Assembly: GCA_964247055.1 (NCBI GenBank)
Contig: OZ176055.1
Coordinates: forward strand, 2,480,001-2,544,000
DNA from: Paragordius varius
Lineage: Eukaryota; Animalia; Nematomorpha
Direction of reading: 5' to 3'
DNA length: 64,000 bases
Made by a program: the position numbers and the translations under genes. The notes under the pieces were generated by a model. The model was not told the DNA's origin and searched no databases. It saw nothing but the letters and a program-made list of their open reading frames with translations. Positions 25,781 through 37,306 of this stretch are shown here, in pieces. How positions within the stretch are numbered: position 1 is the first letter of the stretch; every line of letters begins with the position of its first letter.

Positions 25781-26098
25781 GGTCAAACCCCCTTTTTTGG
25801 AAATGGGGGTTAAAATAAAACCCTAGTGGAGAATAAAACTTATAAAAATAAGCCTTTAATTTCCTTAATCTTATATCTATCAATAAGGATACGAAATAAT
25901 TATCAGAGATTTAAATTACAATATTCACAATTTTACTCGCTCATTCACATTATTGTTGGTTTGCTAATACAGTATTGTGTATTTCAAAACAAAGTTTTGC
26001 CTAATAATTTTTGTTTATATTAAGTTTTTTGTAATATAGTAATTTAGATATTTTTTAGATAATTTATTTTTAACTTTTTATATTGAACATAATTATAA

Positions 26099-29000
26099 TT
26101 AGTCTTTTCCCTGATATGTTGGCGGAATTGATGAGTCTAGATGGCTTTTGCTCAGGTAAGGAATAATTTCGTCTGCTGAATCTGTTAGTTAAGTATTAAA
26201 ATATAATCATCCACATTGTTTTGAATAAAATTAAAAATGTATTTCTTTGTTATAGGCGTAAAATACTAAATGTTTTAGCATATCAATAAATGCTAAAATC
26301 ACCTACAATACAACTATTTTCGCAGTAGATAATATGATAGTATAAATATTATAATAAATCTTTCATTTAAATTACTTTAATTTTCAATCTTTATTTTTAG
26401 AATCAAAACTAATTGTATTAGAATTTGACCATTTTGCTAATTTAAATATTTCAACACTATATTTGTTATTTTTGTTTGAGTCAATGAATAAAGAGTATGA
26501 CTAAATTCAAAAGTCAAAAATGAAAATGAAATTTTATATATAGTTTAAACATACCACTCGGTATGAGTTCTGAATTTTCAATTGCTCCTGCATTAGCTTG
26601 GCATGTGGCGGTTTTTTTCTTGTTTGTTTTGTTTTTGCAACTCCGAAAAAAAGCTGGTATGAATTTTTTTTCGCTGACTATGCTTTACATTTTGATCATC
26701 TGTGTCATTATTCAATAGAATATTCTGATCCGAAGGAGTTGGGATGGCGGTTTTGGTGGAGGTTTGGTTTTTAAGGGAAAATGTATGAAACTGTGAATTT
26801 AACTTTATAGTTTCTTTGAGCGAGTAAACCTTTTTTCCGACCGTTGATTGGGCTTTACCGATCAAATCGAAACCATCCTGTGTAGAGTGAGAATTGGCGG
26901 GTAACGAGGGAAGTTCTAAGGGGTTGGTCACTACAAACAAATACGGTAAAAATTAAATTTATCACGAGACAAAACTTTCAAAAATTATGAGTTTATTTAA
27001 CTTAAAAAACTAAAAGTAATTTTTTAGAATATCATATTTTTCAATCCTCCATTCAAACTTCCTTGATTTTAATTCCCTATTTGTGGAATCATAACTAGTT
27101 ATGTAGGGATTTGACCGTTTTAGTTTTATTATTTAGTTAAGTGTTTCATCATACTATTTAATATTTTTGTTTGAGTCAATAAATAAAGAGTATGACTAAA
27201 TTCAAAAGTCAAAAATAAAATGAAATTTTATATTATATAGTTTAAACATACCACTCGGTATGAGTTCTGAATTTTCAATTTGTCCTGCATTAGCTTGGCA
27301 TGTGGCGATTTTTTTCTTGTTTGTTTTGTTTTTGCAACTCCGAAAAAAAGCTGGTAGACTGAATTTTTTTCGCTTATGCTTTACATTTTGATCTTCTGTG
27401 TGATTATTAAATAGAATATCCTGATCCGAAGGAGTTGGGATGGCGGTTTGGGTGGTGGTTTGGTTGTTTTGCGGGGGGAATGTAATAAACTGTGAATTTA
27501 ACTTTTTAGTTTCTTTGAGCGAGTAAACCTTTTTTCCGACCGTTGATTGTCCGTTACCGATTAAATCGAAACCATCCTGTGTAGAGTGAGAATTAGCGGG
27601 TAATAAGGGAAGTTCAAAGGGGTTGGTCACTACAAACAAATACGGTTAAATTTATCACGAGACAAAACTTTCAAAATTTTTATTTAACTTACAAGACTAA
27701 AAGAAATTTTTTAGAATATCATATTTTTCCATCACTCATCAAACTTCCTTGATTTTAATTTCCTATTTGTGGAATCATAACTAGTTATGTTGGGATTTAA
27801 CCATTTTAGTTTTATTATTTAATTAAATATTTCATCATCTATATATTTATAAAAATGGAAAATGCTGGCTTTGTGATCTGGTACAGGAAAACCGGTAGAC
27901 CCATTCAAATCCAAACTTCGAAAAAATATAATCATTAATAAATGCCCCGACAATAGCTTCGCCCTTTTTTTCAAATAGGCCCCCAGTTCGGGCCTACCCC
28001 GTGTGAAAAACGGGTTTTTTGAAAACAGAAGTCCACAAAAATCGTGTCTTTGAGACAATTTTTCGGAAAACGTGTTGGACCATTCAATTTCAAATATGAT
28101 TTTTGTTTACTTATTTTCAATTGTGCTAAACATAGTCGAACCACTTTTTTGATTTAGGCCCTCTTTTTACCCGCTCCCCCCGTAAAATGCCACCTTTTTT
28201 AAAAAACAAAGTCCACAAAAATAATTTTTTAAATCGATTTTTCGCCCTAGGTATGAGACCGTAAAAATTCAATAAAGATTCCACGTATTCCATGTTAAAA
28301 GGCAAAAATTTTAGTCCACCGTTAATTTGATGATAGCTGCTGGGTAAGGAGCTACCCGCTAAAAACTGATTTTTCATATAACTTTGTGATCTGTTTCCGG
28401 AAAACCGGTGAAGCCATTCGAATCCAAACATCGAAAAAATATAATCATTAATGAATGCCCCGACAATAGCTTCGCCCTTTTTTGGAATTAGGTCCCCAGT
28501 TTGGGCCCACCCCGTGTGAAAAATGGGTTGAGTCAATTTTTTTGGAGAACGTGTTGGACCATTCAATTTCTATTATGATTTTTGTTTACTTATTTTCGAT
28601 TGCGCTAAACATAGTCGAGCCACATTTTTGATTTTAGCCCTCTTTTTACCCGCTCTCCCCGTAAAATGCCATTTTTTTCAAAAAAAATCCACAAAAATAA
28701 TTTTTTGATTGTATTTTTTTGCTCAAGGTATGAGACTCTAAAAATTCGAGAAGGTTTTTTCGTATTGCCTGTTAAAAGGCAATAATTTTAGTCAAGTGTT
28801 TCTTTGATGATAATGCTGAGTAAGGAGTATCTATCATACGTATAAATATTTTTTTAAATCTATTTTTCCCTCAAGTAAACAATCAATGTATGAATGCACC
28901 GTATTATAATTCCTATGAGATCATAGCTATTAAATAATGTTTCGAAATAATCCACATATGTGGATCATTTTATTGTCCCTTTTTTCAAATAACCCCCCCC

Positions 29001-31832
29001 CCCCCCCAGAAGTCCGAAGGACTTCCTCTGGCTGCGTAGCAGCACGAGATTTACGCCAGTACTATTTTATATTTTTGTTTGAGTCAATAAATAAAGAGTA
29101 TGATTAAATTTGATCTAGAATAAAAACTAACTTTTATATTATATAGTTTAATCATACCACTTGATAAGAGTTCCGAGTTTTCGATTGCTACTGCATTAGT
29201 TAGGCAAGTGGTGGTTTTTTTCTTGTTTGTTTTGTTTTTGCAACTCCGAAAAAGAGCTGTTAGACTAAATTTTTTTTGCTGATTATTTTCATTTTGATCT
29301 TCTGTTTCATTATTCAATAGAATGTCCTGACTCGAAGTAGTTGGGATGGCCGTTTTGGTGGTGGTTTGGTTGTTTTGCGGGGGGAATGTAATAAACTGTG
29401 GGTCAAACTTTTTATTTTCTTTGAGTGAGGATACCTTTTTTCCAACCGTTGATTGGTGGCTATCGCCGATCAGATCAAGGCCATCCTCTAAATTAAGTTT
29501 TGAAGAGGGGGGTGGGTGTAATGAGAAGAGTTCGGAGGGATTTGTAACTACAAACAGGTAAAGATTAAATTTGTGAAGCGATAAAACATTAAAAAATTTT
29601 TATAAGAATTTTGTTTCCATTAACTAAAACTAAAAATAATTTAAGTTATAATAAAATCATAACCCACCGTTATTATAAATTCTAATTTAACATTATATGT
29701 TAAAAATAAATAATATCTAAATCCGGCTCCTTGTAATTGACATCAAAAGGATTTGTTGAATAATGTTTCCCTTCATTTCCGATTACAAAAATAGCAGTTA
29801 TATAATGTTTATTTAGTTACATAAGTATTTGATCAAATTAAATTTTTAATGATTAACTCAATGTAAGCTCGACCAACATCCATTAGCTTGAAAATATTTT
29901 TTTAAATATGTTATGTACTTTTTCGATTTAAAAATGTTATTTATTCATTATGGAAATAAAAATACCTGAAGACTCGGACGGTTTATCAGAAGGATTTTCC
30001 GGAGGATTGACTAGTATTTTTGTATCTGATTGGCTATAAAATTTATAAACACATTCTGAAATTTCCTTAAGAATTAAACACAAGTAGTTTAAACCTATTT
30101 AGAGTTCGATAAAAACAAATTTTATCCAATTTCAACATCATATATGTATTACTGATGGTAAGACATATCATTTCATAAATCCAAATAACCTATTAAACAA
30201 CTCGAAAAATTAATCTTACCTTGAGTCCTCCTGTAATTCTTCCATCCTAACTCTTAAAAATATAAAACCGCTGCAAAAATGTTTATCACTCTTTCCGGAT
30301 TTAAGAACATATCTATTTTCCATTTCTGATTTACTAATAAGCTCAGTTAAATTAATTGATGTTGAGGCTGTGATATGTTGTACATTTTTTGATTTCCTAT
30401 TGAATAATTGCCAATGCTTTGGTTTGGCTTCCTACATTCAAAATATTAAATTAAAATAAAGGTTGTATTAATAATACCCTTCATGCTTATAAAGAAAGGC
30501 CAAATATGATTTTTGTTTTAAATTTTGGGATATAATTATTTTATCATTCATAAACAAAAGAGAGCAGTGGTACTAACCGCGGCCCACGGGTCACATGTGG
30601 CTATAAAAGTGCTTTATTATGGCTTTAAATTAATAATTTTTTTATAATTGGGTGCGTTCAGCATATTGAATTTTCCGTTGATTCGGTCAATTATAGAATT
30701 TTAATTTATCTGTAAAATCTGATTTTACATTGAAATTTTTGCTTCGATATTGATCATTCACATCTGACCTTATATATTCCAGTTAAAAAATATTAAAATA
30801 TGAATAAAGTTATCCGTATATCATATCGAGGCGGCATATTCAAAAACAAAGTGCATCAAGTGACATAGGATACGCCTTTTCTATTAACCAGATTTGTTTA
30901 AAATATTTTATAGTCTATATATAAATATATATTCATTCTGTGGAAGATTTCATAACAAAACATTTGTGTAAAACCCGCAAAAACCTTAAAGGCGTGTAAA
31001 ACTCTAAGAATATATTATCCGGAATAAAACAACCCATATTAATTAAAACTAGTTATAAAATATGTTTAAGCGTGGGGTAGCGTGTTAGTTGCTACAATGA
31101 AATCATTTCCAATTTAAAAGAATGTACGAGTAAATAAAAAACTTCTTCACTAGATACATCCTTTTACATAATTTATTTTAGTGTATTGATATTGGTGCTT
31201 ACCGTGAGGACTTGAAGATACCATTTGTGCTTCTTAAAAACGTGCGGATTTTTCTTATCACGTTTCAATTTTATGTCAAAAGTTAATTTTTCCTGGAAAG
31301 AAGAACGAAGGGCTGTGCGAGACTCAGAAGGCTCACAATATTTCCACTATATAAATGATAATTGTACAGTTAAAAATAAAACATAAATAGAAACATTATT
31401 TTTGTAAAAGACGACCATAATTTTTTAACTCTTTGATAAATAGTCCATATTAAAAAATAGGGAGAGTAAATTGTTACACTTAATTTATAATTATTTGAAT
31501 TAAATAGTTTATGTAGCAAAGCTCATATGGTTGTCTTTATGAAAAAATATGTTTTTAAGTTATACGTTTTGTCTATGTAATATCAATTTATATTTTGCAT
31601 GTTAGATAATAAAGTATGGCTTTCACATAAGTAGTTGATTAAAAAAAATATTTTACCGGAGTCGCGATTTTCCGTTCTTTCCTTTGCCAACTTAAACAAA
31701 TTTTGTCAGGCAGACTAAAAAATTAAATGCAAAACCTTACCAATCGTGATCATACACTAACATTAATCCTTGATAAAAAATTGTGAAACGATATAATACA
31801 GAATCTGTGCGTTTTTTAATGTTACGCCACAT
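26099..31832 (-). CDS. EHBP1-like NT-C2 domain protein with a triplicated exon (exons 31832-31741, 31714-31657, 31346-31203, 30431-30220, 30033-29966, [29547-29158 / 27629-27252 / 26930-26555], 26181-26099)
   Basis: The spliced N-terminus MWRNIKKRTDSVLYRFTIFYQGLMLVYDHDCLPDKICLSWQRKERK..FQEKLTFDIKLKRD..FKKHKWYLQVLTE..TASTSINLTELIS matches the recalled EHBP1 NT-C2 pattern (SVWKRLQR..KFQF..YQELM..WQPDKL.V.W.RR.RR; FEDKEWTF; LATSSINM). All junctions are GT-AG and phase-consistent. Confidence 0.85.
26420..29600. repeat. Tandem triplication of a ~685-bp exon-plus-intron unit; the third unit is interrupted by the Helitron
   Basis: Unit starts near 26420, 27104 and 27790; the ORF-track proteins at 26593, 27202 and 29084 are paralogous. 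Confidence 0.9.
27838..29059 (+). mobile_element. Non-autonomous Helitron, complete copy
   Basis: Inserted between A and T with no TSD; 5' TC; 3' hairpin GCTGC-GTA-GCAGC (29031-29043) 16 nt before a CCAG end (a CTAG variant). The empty site ttcatc-AT-actatt is preserved in the paralogous tandem unit near 27145-27158. Confidence 0.8.
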
Positions 31833-32754
31833 AGTAGTATGAATTCTATTTTTTTCCTAAAAGATGGTGTGGTTAATTGGAAATTTTGGGTTCGATTGAA
31901 TTGCCAATATCAAGATCACCAATTAGAAGTTTGTAGGGATATATAATTAAAGTCAGGCAGTGATCACACTCAAATAGAGTGGAATATAATACAAAAAATC
32001 ATTATCAAATTTGTTTATTTTTGTGATGGTAATTTTTATACTTATGATTATTAAAATAATTAATGAGATTATCGCTTAAACAATCAAAAGTAATATTATT
32101 AAATAGCTCATAAGATATACAGTCTTGTTGTAGTTACGTCACAAAATTTAAACTAATATTTCTTTGCTAAAATATTATTAAATCAATAAATTTTGCCATA
32201 TGGTATTTAAATAATATTTTAAAATAAAATCTTAATATTAATAAAATTTAAATTTATTGTTGTTGCAAAACTTATATTAAATTTGTTTTTAACCCAATAT
32301 ATTTTTTAAGTTATATATTTACCACCTGTTTTATTTGGAAAATGCTCTCAATTTATTAAGGTAAGTGGTAAATAGCGAAAGTAAAGTATTACTTTAAGAA
32401 TTTGTATTGAGTCAAATGCTTATTGGCTAATATTAATTAATTATATAAAAGTTATGTTTTTATAGTTATAACTTGTATAATAAATAATAGAATTGCAAAT
32501 TTGAATAAAAAACTCAATATATGATTTATAACGTATTATTAAAGTAAGGAAAAAGTTATATTTTTATTCATATATAATCAATTTTTTTGCCATCGAGTTT
32601 TTTGCATTCTAATATTTTTATCATTTTAACAGTAATTCTGAATTAAAAATTATGATTCTACCATTTTTTTTACATTTCGATTCGAATTGGTCTAAATACC
32701 CCAGACTAGAATTAAATAAATATTTTTTAGAAACTACTGAAGGTAACCGGTTTG

Positions 32755-35350
32755 TATAAAATAACAAAAATACAAATCGTAAAACTTGATAGATATTTAT
32801 TCGGTTTGTTACACTGTGCGCAAAAAAGGGGGTAAAAAATAAACAAACATGATTTTTATCTAGAAAAATAAGAAATCCCTTGGAAAAGGAGACCCCAAAA
32901 ATTTTTGGGCAAAAATGCGCCCCAAAATGGAAATATTCGATTTTTTCATTTTTGACTAGAAATAGATTTTTGTCCATATTTTAAAACTGAGCAAACATGA
33001 TAAAACTTTTATATATTATATAACCTAATATATTCTTAAGAAAAATAGATGAAATTATTTTAAAGTATCAATAATTTTTTTTATTCCACAAAAATAGAAA
33101 TTTGTAAATTTTATGACATTGTCAAAATATATTATAAAAAAATTAATTGTAAGAACTCCATATTGTAATTATTATCATTTAAGTTTATGACTTATATATA
33201 ACATACCAAAGAGTTGGTATATATAATAAACGCTATGTATCCTTTTAAGTCCCTCAAAAAATTTGTATTTTTTGAAAAATTTTCGCGATTTTTGTTGCAT
33301 TTTCCTCACATGCTTCTCACTGTTTCATAAATACAGTATCAGTATCAGTAATCCGCAATTTTCAAATGCGAATACTGAAAAAACCAATAAAACTTCAAGA
33401 TTATAAAATTCCCTTTACTTTGGATAAAAGTATATATATATTATTTAATAACATAGTTAAGAAATTCAATTGCAAATTGAATAATTACCTTTTCTGCTAT
33501 ATATGTGGAAGGTATCATCGCCCTACAAATTTGATTAAAATAACTGAACAAATAATTACCTATTACAACATGTGTTTTGCTGGGAAATTAGTTCATTACA
33601 AGGAAATATGAGCCCACAGCAAGGTAATTATACTAATTCCGGTGGAGGGCTACAGATCAGAATGAAGAACGGTTCTATCAAAGGCTCAAACATATAGAAA
33701 AAAACTATACTAGTTCCAATAGTTGGTGAATACTATTGGAATCACTTTATATCTGACTAATATATTCATTAGGGATAAATAAATTTAAATTCTAATATGT
33801 ATTTTAAGTGTTGTTGTTAGGTTAGACTTGAAGAAATGTTGCAGGAGCAATTTTTGCAAACGAAGTTTGTACTTGACAATATCTTGATAAGACCGAAACA
33901 TTTTTATTTAAAAATTTTGTAGAAACCTAATTAAATATTCTTATTGTAAAAGAATGCTAAAATTTTATCGAATAAAAATAAATCCATTTATGATCAGTTT
34001 TTCAATATATATAATTGTAATAATTGTTAGATTTATAATTTGGCAATAAAGTTTCTGGAAGTAGTTTATTCAATGTCAGAATAATTTTGGTGCAAGGAAA
34101 ATTCTATTTTGTAACTAAAATTATATGAAGAAAATACACGTGAATACAAATAGAATTTTATTTAAAAAGCTAAATATAGTGTATATAGCAAAAAAAGCTT
34201 TTTATATTTCCGATGCTGCTTTCTGTATATCAAGAGGTCTTTAATTAAATTTATTATCTATAGATTAAATAGTATATAAACATTTATCCAAAGTAATGTA
34301 ATGGGAATTTCATAATCTTGAAGTTTTATTGGTTTTTACAGTATTCGCATTTGAAAATTGCGGATTACTGATAATGATACTGTATTTATGAAACAGTGAG
34401 AAGCATGTGAGGAAAATGCAACAAAAATCGCGAAATTTTTCAAAAAATACAAATTTTTGAGGTATTTAAAAAGATACATAGCCTTTATTATATATACCAA
34501 CTCTTTGGTATGTTATATATAAGTCATAAACTTAAATAATAAAAACAATATGGAGTTTTTACAAATAATTTTTTATAATATATTTTGACAATGTCATAAA
34601 ATTTACGAATTTCTATTTTTGGGGAATAAAAAAAATTATTGATACTTTAAAATAATTTTATTTATTTTTCTTAAGAATATATAAGGTTTTATATAATATA
34701 TAAAAGTTTTATCATGTTTGCTCAATAAGTTTTAAAAATATGGACAAAAGTCTATTTCTATTCAAAAATGAAAAAATGGAATATTTCCATTTTGGGGAGC
34801 ATTTTTGCTAAAAAAATTTTTGTGGTCTTCTTTTCCAAGGGATTTCTTATTATTCTAGATAAAAATCATGTTTGTTTATTTTTTTGTGCGCACTGTGTTA
34901 TACTCTTTATATACTATTTTCAAGTGAACATAATTTGCATGATATCAAATAAAACAAATAAAATTTCAAGTAACTAATGGATATGTTATTTACATAGTAC
35001 AAAAATATAAAACAAGACAATGCAAATGACAAAAAAAACTCTATAATACATACAAAATATATCAAAATTTGCATTTTGGGTCCTGTACTAATTTACTTTT
35101 CTATTCAATTATATATGTCAAATTTTTAGAATTTGATGTGTTTTACATATCGTCGATCGTAAAGTCCCTTAAATGAATTGCCAAATATATTAAAATTATC
35201 TTAATTAAATTTAACACTTTTTATTTAATTACATTTCGATTGGCCAAGAATATCATGCAAATTATGTTCACTTGAAAATAGTATATAAAGAGTATAACAA
35301 ACCGAATAATTTCAAGTTTTACGATTTATACTTTTGTTACTTTTTACATT
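32755..35350. repeat. Older foldback element whose left arm was split by the Chapaev3 insertion
   Basis: Joining 32755-32811 to 34901-34950 gives a continuous reverse complement of ~35245-35350. Confidence 0.7.
32812..34897 (+). mobile_element. Degenerate Chapaev3-like (CMC superfamily) DNA transposon with ~640-bp inverted arms
   Basis: CAC..GTG termini (CACTGTGCGCA / CACAGTGCGCA) and a TTA TSD (32809-32811, 34898-34900). Arms are ~32812-33450 and ~34262-34897. The internal remnant NCKLNNYLFCYICG..IT..I..YY..F.GKL..*AH..VPIV..NH matches the recalled Chapaev N-terminal pattern CxNxxDxFCYICG..WAPH..PMxWREPxNH. Confidence 0.8.
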
Positions 35351-35789
35351 TGGTGGCCAAGAGGAGTAACGACTCGCGACCTTCGCGTTATATGCTTCTA
35401 TAATAAAAATTATATAAAAAAGCCAATAATCTAAATTAAATTTTGTTTTAAAAGTTCTATGTCAAACTACTTTGACGCCATTTTTATTTTACAACATTTT
35501 TGCAAAATATCGTGTTTATTTGATTCTAACGTTAAAATGATAGCAATTTTTATTTAAATTACATCTAACATTGATAAAAATGGAAAAAGTGGTTTATTTT
35601 GTATTATTCTTCAATTTTGCCAATGCACATATGTTATGTTGATTAAATTTTTACCTATGGGTTTTACATTAAAATAGGTCATTACAAGTATATTTAAATA
35701 AAAAGTTTTATATATTTCGGTTTGTTAACCTTATATGAGTGATAAATTTTGGCATGGTTTCGATTTCTTCCATATTTTTTAAAATATTT

Positions 35790-37210
35790 AATTTTAAACA
35801 GGCCTGGGATAACTACCCCAGTTTGAACACAAATAAAAAAGGCAGCCGACTATGTTCGGCGCAATCATAAAAAGCAAAGTAATATTTTAAATTAAAATCC
35901 CTAACAAGTTTTCCGGAAAATTGTCTCAAAGACAAGATTTTTGTGGACTTGTGTTTTCAAAAAAAAACCGTTTTATACACGAGGTGGGCACGAACTGGGG
36001 GCCTAATTCAAAAAAGGGCGAAGCTATTGTCGGGGCATATATTAATGATTATATTTTTTCGACATTTGGATTTGAATGGTTTTACCGGTTTTCCGGAAAC
36101 AGATCATACATTTTTATAAATATATAGATTACCATAAATAATGTTTTATTATCCATATATTCTTTTAATATCCAATACATAGGATAGATAAATAAACAAT
36201 AAACTAATACGATTTTATGTTTAAAATCAATAAAGTTTGATTGATCATTTGATTGTCTCGTTTAAATATTGAGATAGACAATTTTATTTGAAATGAGCAT
36301 AATATATTTTTGATATTAATTTTGTTATGCGGCACGAAGTTTTAAAATGATTCACAGTCTCATACTTATGATGGCGCAGTTGTAGGCGGGTAGCCCCCTA
36401 CCCAGAGGCCATAAAAATGTGATTAGATAAAGTTTTCCGCCTTTATACCTGAAATCATCATTCATTCCTAATAGTTAATGGAAGAATGGCTTCAAAACTA
36501 AATAATAGTTCAATGATAGCGCATTTTTTAGGGATTAAAGGGCGGGCTTACTAACGGCTAATTCGAAAAATCCGCTCGACTTAAATTTTTGACTTTTTAC
36601 GGGTAATACTTTAGGCAGCTATTGTACTGATATGGTCTGATAGGTTTTCTGATATTTAGCCTCAAAAGCGCGTTATTTCGATACGACGGGTGAGTTTTTC
36701 GCGGGTAGCTCCTTACCCAGCAGCTATCATCAAAGAAACGCTTGACTAAATTTTTGCCTTTTAACAGGGAATACGTGAAATCTTTATTGAATTTTTGAGG
36801 TTTCATACCTTGGGCGAAACAAAAAATTATTTTTGTGGACTTAGTTTTTTTGTAAAAAATGGCATTTTACGGGGGGGGGGGGGGGGGGGGTAAAAAGAGG
36901 GCCTAAATAAAAAAGGCGAGCCGACTATGTTCGGCGCAATCAAAAATAAGTAAAAAAATCATATATGAAATCGAAAGTTCCTCTCCGGAAAATTGTCTCA
37001 TAGACAAGATTTTTGGGGACTTCTGTTTTCAAAAAAACCCGTTTTTACGGGGTGGGCCCGAACTGAGGCCTAATTCAAAAAAGGGCGAAGCTATTGTCGG
37101 GGCATTTATTAATGATTATATTTTTTCGATGTTTGGATTTGATTGGGTCTACCCGTTTTCCTGTACCAGATCACAAAGCCAGCATTTTCCATTTTTATAA
37201 ATATAAAGAT
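35790..37210 (-). mobile_element. Helitron-family/satellite block, copy of 23240-24660
   Basis: Colinear similarity includes the spacer atagattaccataaataatg..gagatagacaatt and the satellite units. Confidence 0.75.
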
Positions 37211-37306
37211 AGATTGGACATATTTACAGTTAAAATCATTTAGCGTCAATTATCCCCCTGGCTAACAATTACTTTTTTTTAAAACCAAAATAATTATTTT
37301 TTAAAT

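Noticed and set aside
24900-25815. gacaggaccgacaga microsatellite-like tract plus CCCCC..GGGGG hairpin (25786-25812) as Helentron ends
   Set aside because: Suggestive, but matching subterminal repeats could not be defined; left unclassified.
20154-28566. ORF-track calls inside the satellite/Helitron blocks (20154, 20186, 22666, 23577, 24428, 27819, 28126; also 35921, 36597)
   Set aside because: The frames are not conserved between paralogous copies; chance ORFs in GC-richer repeats.
32812-32818. RAG/Transib assignment from the CACAGTG heptamer
   Set aside because: The TSD is 3-bp TTA rather than 5 bp, there is no nonamer, and the coding remnant matches Chapaev rather than Transib/RAG1.
32621-34977. 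ORFs 32621-32977 (minus) and 34768-34977 (plus) that resemble each other
   Set aside because: The similarity arises only because both read the inverted arms of the Chapaev3 element.
36870-36890. Long G run (and C run ~28993-29007) as G-quadruplex elements
   Set aside because: Paralogous copies have much shorter runs; length is unreliable in homopolymers.
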